Below are positions 62,621 through 64,000 of a DNA stretch of 64,000 nt, piece by piece (position 1 is the first letter of the stretch; every line of letters starts with the position of its first letter). Under the pieces are notes generated by a model. That model worked only from the letters and a program-made list of their open reading frames with translations, did not search any database and was not told the DNA's origin. Source of the stretch: Camelus dromedarius (Eukaryota); assembly GCF_036321535.1 (NCBI RefSeq), contig NC_087437.1, positions 38,814,001-38,878,000 of the forward strand, written 5' to 3'. The position numbers and the translations under genes were made by a program.

Positions 62621-64000
62621 CTATTTCTAAACCATCACACCTTCTCATTTTCATGCTAATAAGAGTCTCTCTCTCCAAGGGAAATTGTTCCCTCTATAAA
62701 AAGAGAGTGAGAATTTAAAACTATTTCATCTCCTTCAATAAATAAACTGTGATACATAAACATTCAAGTTTTAAGTACAGGCTGTCTCACACTCCCATCA
62801 GCCTGGCAAAGTGAGTCCTGACGGAGCCCGACTCAAGGAAACCACCTGAGCTCTCCACACAGACCCCAAACAGCCTTGTTAGAAGGAGGCTTAGGACTTT
62901 TGTTTTGTTTTGTTTTTGGTAAAACCAGGATAAAAATTCATTCTTCAATAGAACTGCTCACCTTGCCAGCTTTTATTATATATGAAAAGCATAACTAAAT
63001 AAATAAACTTTCAAATTGGTGCTAGTAAAACACCTCTTAGACAGAAATGTTTCCATCTAATACAAAGAGCTGAGCAAACGCCGTGCTGTTTTTAAGTACT
63101 AATTGTAGAATATAATGCAGGTGCCACTGTCTCTTGGAGGAAGGATGCTGGAAAAGGTCTGTTCCAGAATGCTGAATGTGGGGGCTGGCAGGTAAGTGCC
63201 TTTGGCAGTTAAAACAATTTTCTCTTCATCAAACGTCCCTGGGAAACTGTATTATAAAGAAATGAGACTCTGTGGTGATAACGGTTTCTTCTTTCTCGGT
63301 AGTTAATATGTTTTTAATCTCATAATTTATCATTGCCATTGATAAGTTTTTTTTAAAGGTGGTGTAGGCTAACCTTGAGTAATAAGGATAAAATTAGACA
63401 GAAAACGCCACTTTTTGATGAGGCAGTTATTCACTGTTCTTTCTTCTCGTATTTTCGAATACTTTCTACATCTTCAGTCACTTCTATCCCAAATAATAAG
63501 TAAGAATAACTTGAACTTATACTGCATGATGTAACTTATGAAGCGTCTTTACATATGCGAGCTAAGTTTATCTACACAACACTACAGGTGTTCTTGCCCC
63601 TTTTTATGGAGGAGGAAACTGAGATGAGGTGAGCTGACTAGGACAGTTTTCTGCCTATTCCCTCCTTTTTTTTGAAAATGGATCATTTTATTACCCTCGG
63701 TCTCATAAGAAGACATTGTAGAGAAATGAGACCATTATGAGTATTCTATAATTCTTCCCGGTAAGTGGTAAAGATATTTAACGCTGGGAGGGATAGGAGA
63801 AATAAATATTGCTGTTTGTCCTTTGACTTATTTCTCTTAATAACATTAGCCACTATCTACTGAGTTCTTACTCTAGGGTAGGCTTTATAAAGAACGTTTA
63901 ATGTACATTAGCACATTTAATCATCACAATCCCCTAAGTGGTGGGTATATAATAGAGATGTGGGAAAAAAATCAGAGAGATGTAGAAACTGAAGCTGGAG

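Larger units (their letters stand above)
324..63487 (-). pseudogene. Candidate decayed multi-exon gene of unrecognised protein; probably extends beyond both window ends and could be more than one gene
   Basis: About 30 minus-strand AG...GT-bounded blocks in non-repeat DNA. Several clusters splice in a consistent phase into protein-like sequence with scattered stops (see cluster features). Boundaries chosen manually. Confidence 0.6.
61533..63487 (-). pseudogene. Exon-remnant cluster: about 63487-63435, 63246-63100, 62994-62962, 62450-62300, 62184-62043, 61678-61533
   Basis: In-phase chain IEVTEDVESIRKYEKKE|HFPGTFDEEKIVLTAKGTYLPAPTFSILEQTFSSILPPRDSGTCIIFYN|YYAFHI**KLA|RLNP*AEWLKRKNTKGNEENLYVCMDSLYNQNDMILFLSNMKTITYSALLN|RLLLQMS*. 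Sites include tttatttatttag|, AAG|gtgagc, CAG|gtaatc and ATC|gtaaga. Confidence 0.6.

Noticed and set aside
63185..63197. Plus-strand consensus donor CAG|GTAAGT
   Set aside because: No convincing plus-strand exon chain found; it falls inside a better-supported minus-strand block.
1..64000. Prokaryotic-type systems (CRISPR arrays, operons, defence islands)
   Set aside because: Mammalian repeat landscape; no repeat-spacer arrays or long intact ORFs.

Overview
Mammalian nuclear DNA, most likely camelid: three tRNA-derived vic-1-like SINEs and several cetartiodactyl-type L1 3' ends. I recognise no intact protein-coding gene. About half the window is interspersed repeat: two L1s with internal deletions, a 3'-truncated ERV-L provirus with an MLT2 LTR, solo LTRs, L2/MIR/CR1 relics and hAT MITEs. 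The main unexplained signal lies in the non-repeat sequence. All along the minus strand, about 30 short blocks are bounded by AG/GT splice sites and separated by short AT-rich gaps. In several clusters they join in a consistent reading phase into protein-like sequence interrupted by stops and frameshifts. This suggests a large, decayed multi-exon (unitary-type) pseudogene spanning the window, whose protein I do not recognise. Exon boundaries were picked by eye, and repeat subfamily names are from memory of consensus sequences; both need computational confirmation. Other points of note: a perfect 72-bp local duplication, a twin-primed inverted L1, a polyadenylated 5'-only L1 inserted at a splice acceptor, and a consensus CTCF site.
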